From Bacteroidales bacterium (GTDB lineage Bacteria; Bacteroidota; Bacteroidia; Bacteroidales; UBA10428): a DNA stretch of 33,731 nucleotides. The stretch covers positions 2,474,274-2,508,004 of the forward strand of contig CP070654.1 in NCBI GenBank assembly GCA_020354785.1. The letters run 5' to 3'. Below, one piece after another: positions 18,401 to 25,975 of the stretch. The notes beneath the pieces are model-generated. The model saw only the letters and a program-made list of their open reading frames with translations. It made no database searches and was not told the DNA's origin. Numbering within the stretch: position 1 is the stretch's first letter; every line of letters starts with the position of its first letter. The position numbers and the translations under genes are program-made.

Positions 18401-19363
18401 TTATCTAAGCAAAACCATCTTTCTGGTAATTACAATATCGTTCATCTGTAGCCTGCAAATATAGACATCACTTTTAAGAGTTGATGCGTCGAAGGGAACT
18501 TTATAAGTTCCTTTTTCTTTGGTTTTATTTACCAGGCTGGTGACCTCCTTACCAATAGAATTGTAAACTGTTAACCTGACATCGCTTTCTTCAGGTACCG
18601 AATAAGTAATAGTTGTTGTTTCAGTAAAGGGATTAGGGTAATTTTTAAGAAGTTCACATTCACAGATTTTCACTTTTTCGTCTATAACTGATGGAGTTGC
18701 TGCTGAATCTATCATACTGATATTGTCGATAACAACATCGTATGGTAATTCCTGCGGAGGGTCAGCTTGTGAGTCAATCCATGCACCAACATTTATAGTA
18801 AAGTATACGGTGGCCTCATCACCAAGAGAATCGTGAAGAAAAAATCTTTCTCCGCTGCCTCTGCAGTTATCATCCTGAAAAGTGCCATCTACATTTTTAC
18901 CGCAATTCAACCAGGTGTTGAATCCAAGTACACACCAGTCACCGTCAGGATAATCTACGCTATCTTCAGGTTCCATAGTACCTATAAGAATCTCACACCA
19001 GAACTGGTCAAGTGCACCTCCTGTCAGATCGCTGAATGCACCACTAACTTTATAAACCGTGTTGGCTTTTAAAGTAACCGGCTGCCAGAACAGGATATTA
19101 GAAGACGCCAGCCCGTTAGCCCGTACGTTAAGAGTCCCTCCTTCACAGTTAAAACAGGAGTTGTTGCTGTTAAATTCATAGACGGCTTCTTCTTCACTAT
19201 CAAGATGTGATACATTCCAGGCATCGGGATCATCCATGCTGCCGCCTACAAGCATCTCCACCTGTCCCGAAGCAAATTTTGATAATGAGAATACAAGAAG
19301 CAGGCATAAAAAAGTGATAAATTGCTTCTTAACCAGAGCAAATAAGAGTAAATCTTTTTTCAT
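18401..19363 (-). CDS. Secreted non-catalytic CBM-like (jelly-roll) protein with a T9SS C-terminal sorting domain
   Basis: The track ORF starts at 19396. The internal ATG at 19363 gives a normal signal peptide, MKKDLLLFALVKKQFITFLCLLLVFSL. The body resembles CBM4/9/22-like modules (GGSMDDPDAWNVS...TLKANTVYKVSGAF...VVIDNISM). The C-terminus, LKNYPNPFTETTTITYSVPEESDVRLTVYNSIGKEV...GTYKVPFDAS.L.SDVYICRL, is a typical Por/T9SS CTD. Confidence 0.75.
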   Translation of the reverse strand: MKKDLLLFALVKKQFITFLCLLLVFSLSKFASGQVEMLVGGSMDDPDAWNVSHLDSEEEAVYEFNSNNSCFNCEGGTLNVRANGLASSNILFWQPVTLKANTVYKVSGAFSDLTGGALDQFWCEILIGTMEPEDSVDYPDGDWCVLGFNTWLNCGKNVDGTFQDDNCRGSGERFFLHDSLGDEATVYFTINVGAWIDSQADPPQELPYDVVIDNISMIDSAATPSVIDEKVKICECELLKNYPNPFTETTTITYSVPEESDVRLTVYNSIGKEVTSLVNKTKEKGTYKVPFDASTLKSDVYICRLQMNDIVITRKMVLLR

Positions 19364-19731
19364 AGTATTTATTTTTAGGTTAAATAAAAAGATCATTTCT
19401 GGTAACTAAGAATAATATTAATCTTAAGCTCTTCTATACTATACTGTTAACAAATTTAACCAATATTTTCTTACAGGCAACCGTGAAAAGTAATTAATTC
19501 CCGGAAATAACAGTTAATAAGCCTGCTTTTGCTTGTAATACCAGTACAGCTTTTCATAATTGAAATGCCTGATTTAATTATCATATAATAGATAGCTATA
19601 TGTAATTTCAACATAACCAGCATGCAACCGGCATTTTACTTTTTATTTTTATTTTCTATATTTATCAAATAATGGAGTTATTAATATAAAGTGCTTTCAA
19701 TTACTTAATAAAAATTTAAAACCAGTATAAA

Positions 19732-20964
19732 ATGAACAGCAAAAAAAATCTTAAAGATAACAGGAGGAATTTCCTTAAAAAGGGCATGGTCGGAGCTGCA
19801 GGTTTATCTGTTGTACCTTCTCTTAGCACCCTGAATTTCAAGGGAGGAAAACAACACAAAATGCAGGAAAAGGAAGAAACAAAAGTTATTTACCGTACAT
19901 TAGGCAGAACCGGCATAAAAGTACCTGTAATTAGTATGGGAACTTCATCAAATGAGTATTTAATAAAAGCAGCCCTTAAGACAGGAATTGTTCATTATGA
20001 TACTGCAAACGGGTATGGTAACGGGCTTCATGAAACAACTTTCGGGCGGATATTAAAAGACTACCCCCGGGAATCATTTGTAATTGCGACAAAAATATAT
20101 GGTATGCGCGATGACAACGGGATGCCCCGGGCAAATGTCACTTCCGCTGAATTCATAGATGATTTCAGGCAAAGTATGGAAACAAGTCTGAAAAGACTTC
20201 AAATGGATTATGTTGATATTTTTTACTTGCACGCTGCCGATAACTCAGATGTTGTAAAGCTTAATATGGTTAAAGATATTATGCAGGAGTTTAAAAGCGA
20301 AGGAAAAACAAAATTCCTGGGAATTTCAACTCATAGTACTGAGGTTATATATACAATAGTGGAAGAAGGTATTTATGATGTTATCCTTACCGGGTATAAT
20401 TTTCGAGATCTGGAGACAGGGACAGTCAAGAAAGCAATCAATCACGCTGCCAAAGCAGGATGCGGCATAGTTGGCATGAAAGGTCTGGCAGGTGTATACT
20501 GGGATGAGGAAAGAAAACAACCAATAAATCCCAAAGCAGCAACAAAATGGATGCTGCAGAATGAAGATATTCATACTGTGATCCTTTCAATGAATACATT
20601 TGAACAACTTGAGATGTACTGGTCTCTAATGAATGACTTAACTCTTACACCTGAAGAAAAGAGTGATCTCCGGCTGGGCGGGGAGATAAGTTCTACAGGT
20701 ATGTATTGCACACAATGCAGGCAATGCCTGCCGCAATGCCCTCATGGAGTAAATATTCCAAGGCTTATGAGAAGCTATATGTATGCATACGGCTACCGGA
20801 AACCTTCAAAAGCTAAAGAAACACTGCGGCTGGTTGATACAGGTAAGATAAAATGTAATGAATGTTCTTCATGTGATATTGAATGTAGTATGGGCTTTAA
20901 TATCCGTAAAAAAATAATAGACATAACCCGCATTAGAGATATTCCGGATGAATTCTTAGTTTAA
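19732..20964 (+). CDS. Tat-signal aldo/keto reductase fused to a 2x[4Fe-4S] ferredoxin-like C-terminal domain
   Basis: 410 aa. Twin-arginine motif NRRNFLKKGMVGAAG at the N-terminus. AKR barrel blocks (YRTLGRTGIKVPVISMGT, HYDTANGYGNG, DYVDIFYLHA). C-terminal motifs CTQCRQCLPQCP (C-x2-C-x2-C-x3-CP) and CNECSSCDIEC (C-x2-C-x2-C-x3-C). Confidence 0.8.
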   Translation: MNSKKNLKDNRRNFLKKGMVGAAGLSVVPSLSTLNFKGGKQHKMQEKEETKVIYRTLGRTGIKVPVISMGTSSNEYLIKAALKTGIVHYDTANGYGNGLHETTFGRILKDYPRESFVIATKIYGMRDDNGMPRANVTSAEFIDDFRQSMETSLKRLQMDYVDIFYLHAADNSDVVKLNMVKDIMQEFKSEGKTKFLGISTHSTEVIYTIVEEGIYDVILTGYNFRDLETGTVKKAINHAAKAGCGIVGMKGLAGVYWDEERKQPINPKAATKWMLQNEDIHTVILSMNTFEQLEMYWSLMNDLTLTPEEKSDLRLGGEISSTGMYCTQCRQCLPQCPHGVNIPRLMRSYMYAYGYRKPSKAKETLRLVDTGKIKCNECSSCDIECSMGFNIRKKIIDITRIRDIPDEFLV

Positions 20965-20985
20965 TACGAATAAACCGTTAAGCAA

Positions 20986-22275
20986 ATGAAAACAAGAAAA
21001 ACTCAGTTCATAATTATATCGGCTTTTTTATGTATGTTAATACAGGTATTTAATGTCCGGGCAGACTCGGATATTAAGAAATACTTTCCCGATATTAGCG
21101 GTTTTTCAAAAACTGATGAAATAAAAACTTACCAGCCCGGTAATCTTTATGAAATTATTAATGGAGCAGCCGATATGTACCTGAATTACGAGTTCAGGGA
21201 ACTGGCCGTTCAGACATATAAAGGGCCGGCTGGACAATCAATTACGGTAGAGATATACCGGCATGAAAATCCGGATTATGGATTTGGTATTTACAGCCAG
21301 GAAAGATATGGTGATATAGGGAATTTTATAAATATTGGTACTGAAGGCTATTATGAAACCGGTATACTGAATTTTTACAAGGACTGTTTTTATGTGAAAA
21401 TAAGTGCGTATAACCTTGATAATGAAGAATCTGTTTTATCAGATATTGCCGGGCAGATTGCCGGCTTACTACCGGGAGAAAATAAATTTCCGGATTTGTT
21501 TAAAATTTTTCCTGAAATAAACAGGCAGGTTAACAGGGATAAATTCATTCCGAAAGACTTCCTGGGATATCCGTTTTTCAAAATGGCCTACACTGCAGAT
21601 TATTATTTTTCGAATGTGGGTCTGTTTACATTTTTTATTCTAAAGGGTAACTCAAGGGATGAAAGCAAAGAAATGCTCCAGGCATATTTGGAATTTCTGG
21701 AAAAAGACGAACAGGAAATTACAGAAGGCCGGATCACTATAGCTGATCCATACTATGGGATTATTGACATGATTTGGGAAGACAATTACATTAAAGGGAC
21801 TTTCGGACTTGAAGACAGTGCTTTAAGGACAAGATACCTGGAGTTTGATTATGATAAATTCGAAATGGAAATTGACAAATCAAATATAGCACTTAATAAA
21901 GCTGTAAAAGCCTCATCTACTGAAAACCTTAGCTTTAAACCGGAAAATGCTGTTGACGGACACCTGATAAGCAGGTGGTCAAGTGATTTTTCCGATCCCC
22001 AATGGATACGTATAGATCTTGGTAATAATTTCATGATTAACAGGGTGAAACTTTTCTGGGAAAGAGCATTCGCAAGGTCATACAAGATTCAGGTTTCAAA
22101 TGATGGAAATGAATGGACACAGGTATATTCAACAGAAGAAGGAGACGGAGAAGAGGATGAGATTGAATTCAAAGCGGTTAAGGCAAGATATATACGTATG
22201 TATGGCCTGCAGAGGATTACCGACTGGGGCTATTCCTTATATGAATTTCAGGTATTCGGGGTGAACTCAAATTAA
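20986..22275 (+). CDS. Secreted protein: N-terminal domain of unknown function plus a C-terminal F5/8 type C (discoidin/CBM32-like) domain
   Basis: 429 aa with a signal peptide (FIIISAFLCMLIQVFNVRADS). The C-terminal ~140 aa (NIALNKAVKASS...NAVDGHLISRWSSDFSDPQWIRIDLG...VKLFWERAFARSYKIQVSNDGNEWTQVY...ARYIRMYG..R.TDWGYSLYEFQVFG) carry the classic discoidin-domain pattern. It starts 21 nt downstream of the AKR gene. Confidence 0.7.
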   Translation: MKTRKTQFIIISAFLCMLIQVFNVRADSDIKKYFPDISGFSKTDEIKTYQPGNLYEIINGAADMYLNYEFRELAVQTYKGPAGQSITVEIYRHENPDYGFGIYSQERYGDIGNFINIGTEGYYETGILNFYKDCFYVKISAYNLDNEESVLSDIAGQIAGLLPGENKFPDLFKIFPEINRQVNRDKFIPKDFLGYPFFKMAYTADYYFSNVGLFTFFILKGNSRDESKEMLQAYLEFLEKDEQEITEGRITIADPYYGIIDMIWEDNYIKGTFGLEDSALRTRYLEFDYDKFEMEIDKSNIALNKAVKASSTENLSFKPENAVDGHLISRWSSDFSDPQWIRIDLGNNFMINRVKLFWERAFARSYKIQVSNDGNEWTQVYSTEEGDGEEDEIEFKAVKARYIRMYGLQRITDWGYSLYEFQVFGVNSN

Positions 22276-22320
22276 ATCTAAAATCGTTAATCGTTAATCT
22301 GAAATCGTTTATCTGAACGC

Positions 22321-24297
22321 TTACCCTACAACTAATTTTTCGGTACTGGAAATGCCTGCTGTAATGAACCAGCAAAAATAAATACCACTTTTTACAGGAA
22401 TTCCCTGCGTATCTTTACAATCCCAGGTAACTGAATAATTCCCCGGCATATGAATCTGGCTTACAAGGGTTGCTATTTTTCTCCCTGAAATGTTAAATAC
22501 AGATATTTCAGTATGGCCTGCATTCTGAACGGTATAATAAATATTTGTACTTATATTAAAAGGATTCGGGTAAACACTTAGCGAAGCATCACTGAATACA
22601 ACAGGTCCGGAAATATTGTTTATTGCTGCGGTATCTCTTACAATAGCAGTATCTAAATTAGTTATATGAATATTGTCAAACCAGAAGTATATACCCTTCA
22701 TATCATGATGCTCCGCAACAATTTCAAACCTGTCAACAGCTGCCCAGTCATAATCACCAACCGGGTTGTACCATGCATCATTATACCATGATCCGTGTTC
22801 TGTAAAATCGCTTAAAGGAATATGAACATGATACCATCTTCCGTCCCAATTAGCCAGATTTTCATCTACGGTATATCTTATACGCCAGGGAAGATCATCA
22901 GGATCATCTGTTTTATTATCAATAAAACGAATATCAAATGCTGAACCCGGGTGAGTACCACGTACTATAAAATCAAAGGCATAATCATTTTCAACAAGTT
23001 CAGTAAGGTCTTTAATGGGCCGGAAATCAAATCCAATGTTGTTGTACTGGTTTGCTTTTGTCCAGCTAATGCAATAACTGTCGTTGTTAGGATTATCTTC
23101 AGAACAGAAGTCTATTATTCCGTCTCCGGCATGGCTCGATTCAAAAACTTTATGACATATGTAATCCGTATATATTGGAAAACCGACTGAATCAGGTAAC
23201 AGTACAAACTCTTTCTGTTCCGGTACATTTAATCCTAACGCCCTGACAATAGCAGTATCAATATCGTATTCAAACATATCATTTCCTCCTTCTTCAAAAA
23301 TTCCAAAACCTCCGGTATAATCCCATATTGTCCAGGCTATTTCATTTTCTTCCAGGTATGTACGTACAGTGTCGTACCAGTTAATCCTGTCCTGCCTGGG
23401 GCTGTTAGGGATATAAACACCGAATTCCCCGCAGAAAATCGGAACGTTACGGTTGTTCTTAAATTCCACAGCAATGTCAATCAGCTCTTTTACATGTTCG
23501 ACCGTACCATCCTGACTGTAGCCGTTAAGTGCACTATGTATCCATGTTCCAATTAGCTCGGAAGGACAATCAGGCATGCTGTCAGCATAATAGGGGAATG
23601 GTACGCCGGCAAGTGGTGCCATGGATGGGTCTGTCCAGCTGGCTCCCTGGTGTGTAAACAGGAATGGATCATAAAAATGAAATGTATAAATAAGTTTATC
23701 ATCTTCATAAACCGGCATGTCATCTAAATTATTATAGCTGTTCCAGCCTGCCGGTCCGACAATGATGGTATGTGTTGTGTCCACCTCGCGGATTGCATCA
23801 ATTACATTCTGCTGAATCTCATTCCAAATTGCATCTGAAATACCGTGAGGTTCATTAAGAACTTCATAATATAAATAGTCTGACCTGTTTTTATAATGTT
23901 CCGCCATCTGTGTCCATACCTTTAGTAATATTGATTCGACCTCCGGATCCGTATCTTCAGAAGGGCTAAAAGTATGATTATCAAGCAAAAGATGGATCTG
24001 TAAATCCTCTGCCCAGGTGACTACAGAATCCAGAAATCCGAGAAATAATGGTTCCAGAATATAATCAGGCTCACCGTCAGTCATATAGTGCAGATTTATC
24101 GGCAACCGTATAACATCGCAACCAAGGCTTTTGATGTTTATAAAATCCTGCCTGGTGAATTTTGTAAACTGAATTTGTCCGGCACTGCCGGCCTGAAACC
24201 AGTTTGTGAGATTTACACCCCGGCTGAAGGGAGCCTGGGATATAGTGAATTGTATACATATACTTAAAATAATACTACCAAACACAAATCTTTTCAT
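22321..24297 (-). CDS. Glycoside hydrolase family 5 (endo-glycanase) with an internal CBM-like domain and a T9SS C-terminal sorting domain
   Basis: 658 aa with a signal peptide. GH5 motifs: RGVNLTNWFQ, DVIRLPI, the acid/base motif YYEVLNEPHG, HFYDPFLFTHQG, and the nucleophile motif IFCGEFGV. A beta-sandwich-like domain follows, then the CTD SVYPNPFNISTNIYYTV...ISVFNISGRKIATLV...GNYSVTWD....G..VKSGIYFC. Confidence 0.85.
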   Translation of the reverse strand: MKRFVFGSIILSICIQFTISQAPFSRGVNLTNWFQAGSAGQIQFTKFTRQDFINIKSLGCDVIRLPINLHYMTDGEPDYILEPLFLGFLDSVVTWAEDLQIHLLLDNHTFSPSEDTDPEVESILLKVWTQMAEHYKNRSDYLYYEVLNEPHGISDAIWNEIQQNVIDAIREVDTTHTIIVGPAGWNSYNNLDDMPVYEDDKLIYTFHFYDPFLFTHQGASWTDPSMAPLAGVPFPYYADSMPDCPSELIGTWIHSALNGYSQDGTVEHVKELIDIAVEFKNNRNVPIFCGEFGVYIPNSPRQDRINWYDTVRTYLEENEIAWTIWDYTGGFGIFEEGGNDMFEYDIDTAIVRALGLNVPEQKEFVLLPDSVGFPIYTDYICHKVFESSHAGDGIIDFCSEDNPNNDSYCISWTKANQYNNIGFDFRPIKDLTELVENDYAFDFIVRGTHPGSAFDIRFIDNKTDDPDDLPWRIRYTVDENLANWDGRWYHVHIPLSDFTEHGSWYNDAWYNPVGDYDWAAVDRFEIVAEHHDMKGIYFWFDNIHITNLDTAIVRDTAAINNISGPVVFSDASLSVYPNPFNISTNIYYTVQNAGHTEISVFNISGRKIATLVSQIHMPGNYSVTWDCKDTQGIPVKSGIYFCWFITAGISSTEKLVVG

Positions 24298-24437
24298 CTT
24301 TTATTATTTATAATTATTGCTGTAATTGAAATAAGTTAATATATAATTTACAAAGAATATTTAAAAACTCCAACAGAAGATCTGTCCTTCGCGTTCCGGT
24401 TTATTGCAAATATAATTATTATGCATGGAATAAAATA

Positions 24438-24477
24438 TTTTGTATCATTTTGTAATTTTACCGTCTATAATATAAAA
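24438..24477 (+). promoter_or_regulatory. Putative ECF (SigZ-type) promoter upstream of the sigma factor gene: TTTGTATCATTT-N10-CCGTCTATAATATAAAA
   Basis: The same bipartite motif recurs at 25068-25106 upstream of arsM: 11 of 12 identity in the upstream box, identical 10-nt spacing, and 17 of 17 identity in the downstream box. The downstream box contains the CGTC element typical of the ECF -10 region. It ends 24 nt before the ATG. Confidence 0.55.
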
Positions 24478-24500
24478 AATCTTCTAAAAAGAGTTGAAAT

Positions 24501-25052
24501 ATGACAGATAATATTGAATTAATATGGAAGGATTATCATGATAGATTACTGGCCTTCATACAAAAGAGGGTAAATAACAATAATATTTCTGAAGATATCC
24601 TGCAGGATGTATTTGTTAAAATTCTTACACGGATTAATACTTTAAGAGATACTTCAAAACTTCAGAGCTGGTTGTACCAGGTTACAAGAAACGCTATCTC
24701 GGATTATTACCGTGATAAAGAGAAAGCAGAAAAGATTCCGGCTGGCGTGCTCAAACTGGAATCTGAAGATGAAGATAATATGATGAAGGAAGCGGAAAGC
24801 TGGATAGGATGTCTTGTTAAAGGTTTACCGGATATTTATCGCGAAGCAATAGAACTTTCAGAATTAAAAGGAGTTCCTCAGAAAGATATAGCCAGAAAAT
24901 TAAATATTTCCTATGTTAATGCCAGGTCAAGGGTTCAGAGGGGCAGGAATATGATGAAGGATAAACTTACAGAATGTTGTTTGTTCAATGTTGATGTTTA
25001 TGGAAATATTCTGGATTATAAAGGGAAAGGTAACAAACGAGGGCTTTGTTAA
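24501..25052 (+). CDS. sigZ: ECF-type RNA polymerase sigma factor, SigZ family, with a Cys-containing C-terminal extension
   Basis: 183 aa. Sigma-2 region (DILQDVFVKIL...LQSWLYQVTRNAISDYYR) and sigma-4 region (LPDIYREAIELSELKGVPQKDIARKLNISYVNARSRVQRGR). A ~30-aa tail, TECCLFNVDVYGNILDYKGKGNKRGLC, matches what I recall of the CC-containing tail of the SigZ family. No anti-sigma gene is adjacent. Confidence 0.85.
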   Translation: MTDNIELIWKDYHDRLLAFIQKRVNNNNISEDILQDVFVKILTRINTLRDTSKLQSWLYQVTRNAISDYYRDKEKAEKIPAGVLKLESEDEDNMMKEAESWIGCLVKGLPDIYREAIELSELKGVPQKDIARKLNISYVNARSRVQRGRNMMKDKLTECCLFNVDVYGNILDYKGKGNKRGLC

Positions 25053-25067
25053 AATTGAATTATCAGT

Positions 25068-25106
25068 TTTGCATCATTTATTCCCCTTCCCGTCTATAAT
25101 ATAAAA
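25068..25106 (+). promoter_or_regulatory. Putative ECF (SigZ-type) promoter upstream of arsM: TTTGCATCATTT-N10-CCGTCTATAATATAAAA
   Basis: Second copy of the motif at 24438-24477. It ends 28 nt before the arsM ATG. Confidence 0.55.
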
Positions 25107-25134
25107 GGTACTTAATAATAAAAAAACAATATAA

Positions 25135-25956
25135 ATGAAAAAAAGTAATAATGAAATCAGAGATGCTGTAAGGAAGAGCTATAGAAAAGTAGCGGAAAAT
25201 GCTTTATCAGATAATTATTGTGGGTGCAGTCCCGGTGAAGATACCGGATGTTGTTCACCGGAAGAGACAAATTTGTATGAAGCATCATCCAGAATAGGTT
25301 ATTCAGATAAAGAATTAAAAGAAGTCCCTGAAGGCTCAAACCTTGGACTTGGATGTGGAAACCCGCAGGCAATAGCTGCATTGAAAGAGGGAGAAACAGT
25401 ATTGGACCTGGGCAGTGGTGCAGGATTTGACGTGTTTCTTGCTGCACGCCAGGTAGGAGATAAGGGTAAAGTTATTGGTGTGGATATGACTCAGGAAATG
25501 ATATCAAAAGCGCGTAAAAATGCTGCTATGGGCAACTTTAACAATGTTGAATTCAGGCTTGGAGAAATTGAAAATATACCTGTAGCTGATAATACAGCAG
25601 ATGTTATTATTTCAAATTGCGTCATAAATCTGTCACCTGAAAAGCAGAAAGTATTTAATGAATCGCTCAGAGTGCTTAAACCAGGAGGCAGGCTGGCAAT
25701 AACAGATAATATTACTACAGCAGAGTTGCCTGAGGAGATTAAAAACAACCTTGAACATTATTCGGCTTGCATTTCAGGAGCAGCACTTGTTGGTGAATTA
25801 GAAAATATGCTTAAGAATGCAGGTTTTATTAATATTAAGATTGAGCCTATTGATAAAAGCAGGAAGCTAACAAGCAAATGGATCCCCGGTGGCAATATTA
25901 ATGATTATATTGTTCCGGTAACTGTTGAGGCGGCTAAACCTGAAGGAATAAGGTAA
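25135..25956 (+). CDS. arsM: Arsenite S-adenosylmethionine methyltransferase (ArsM/AS3MT family)
   Basis: 273 aa. The N-terminal Cys cluster CGCSPGEDTGCCSPEE is followed by YSDKELKEVPEGSNLGLGCGNPQAIAALKEGETVLDLGSGAGFDVFLAARQVG.KGKVIGVDMT (SAM-binding motif I), then NVEFRLGEIENIPVADNTADVIISNCVINLSP, VLKPGGRLAITD and HYSACISGA. The catalytic-type cysteines (GCGNP, SNCVINL, ACISGA) are all present. Confidence 0.88.
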   Translation: MKKSNNEIRDAVRKSYRKVAENALSDNYCGCSPGEDTGCCSPEETNLYEASSRIGYSDKELKEVPEGSNLGLGCGNPQAIAALKEGETVLDLGSGAGFDVFLAARQVGDKGKVIGVDMTQEMISKARKNAAMGNFNNVEFRLGEIENIPVADNTADVIISNCVINLSPEKQKVFNESLRVLKPGGRLAITDNITTAELPEEIKNNLEHYSACISGAALVGELENMLKNAGFINIKIEPIDKSRKLTSKWIPGGNINDYIVPVTVEAAKPEGIR

Positions 25957-25975
25957 CCCAACTCTCACAAAATAC

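Noticed and set aside
19364-19396. Upstream extension of the T9SS CBM-like ORF (track start 19396)
   Set aside because: The internal Met at 19363 begins a typical MKK... signal peptide. The extra 11 residues (MIFLFNLKINT) are probably just open frame.
22276-22320. Short reiterated AATCGTT(A/T)ATC units (ctaaaatcgttaatcgttaatctgaaatcgtttatctgaa) in the 45-nt gap between convergent genes
   Set aside because: There are only about 3 imperfect copies of a 7-10 nt unit. There is no stable hairpin, no spacer structure (so not CRISPR), and no symmetry suggesting an operator. It is most likely low-complexity 3' UTR sequence. I noted that no clear terminator is visible here.
25957-25975. Only 19 nt separate the convergent arsM and sensor gene stops, with no hairpin
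   Set aside because: This could imply overlapping 3' transcripts or antisense effects. Nothing in the sequence supports a specific element, so it is too speculative to list as a finding.
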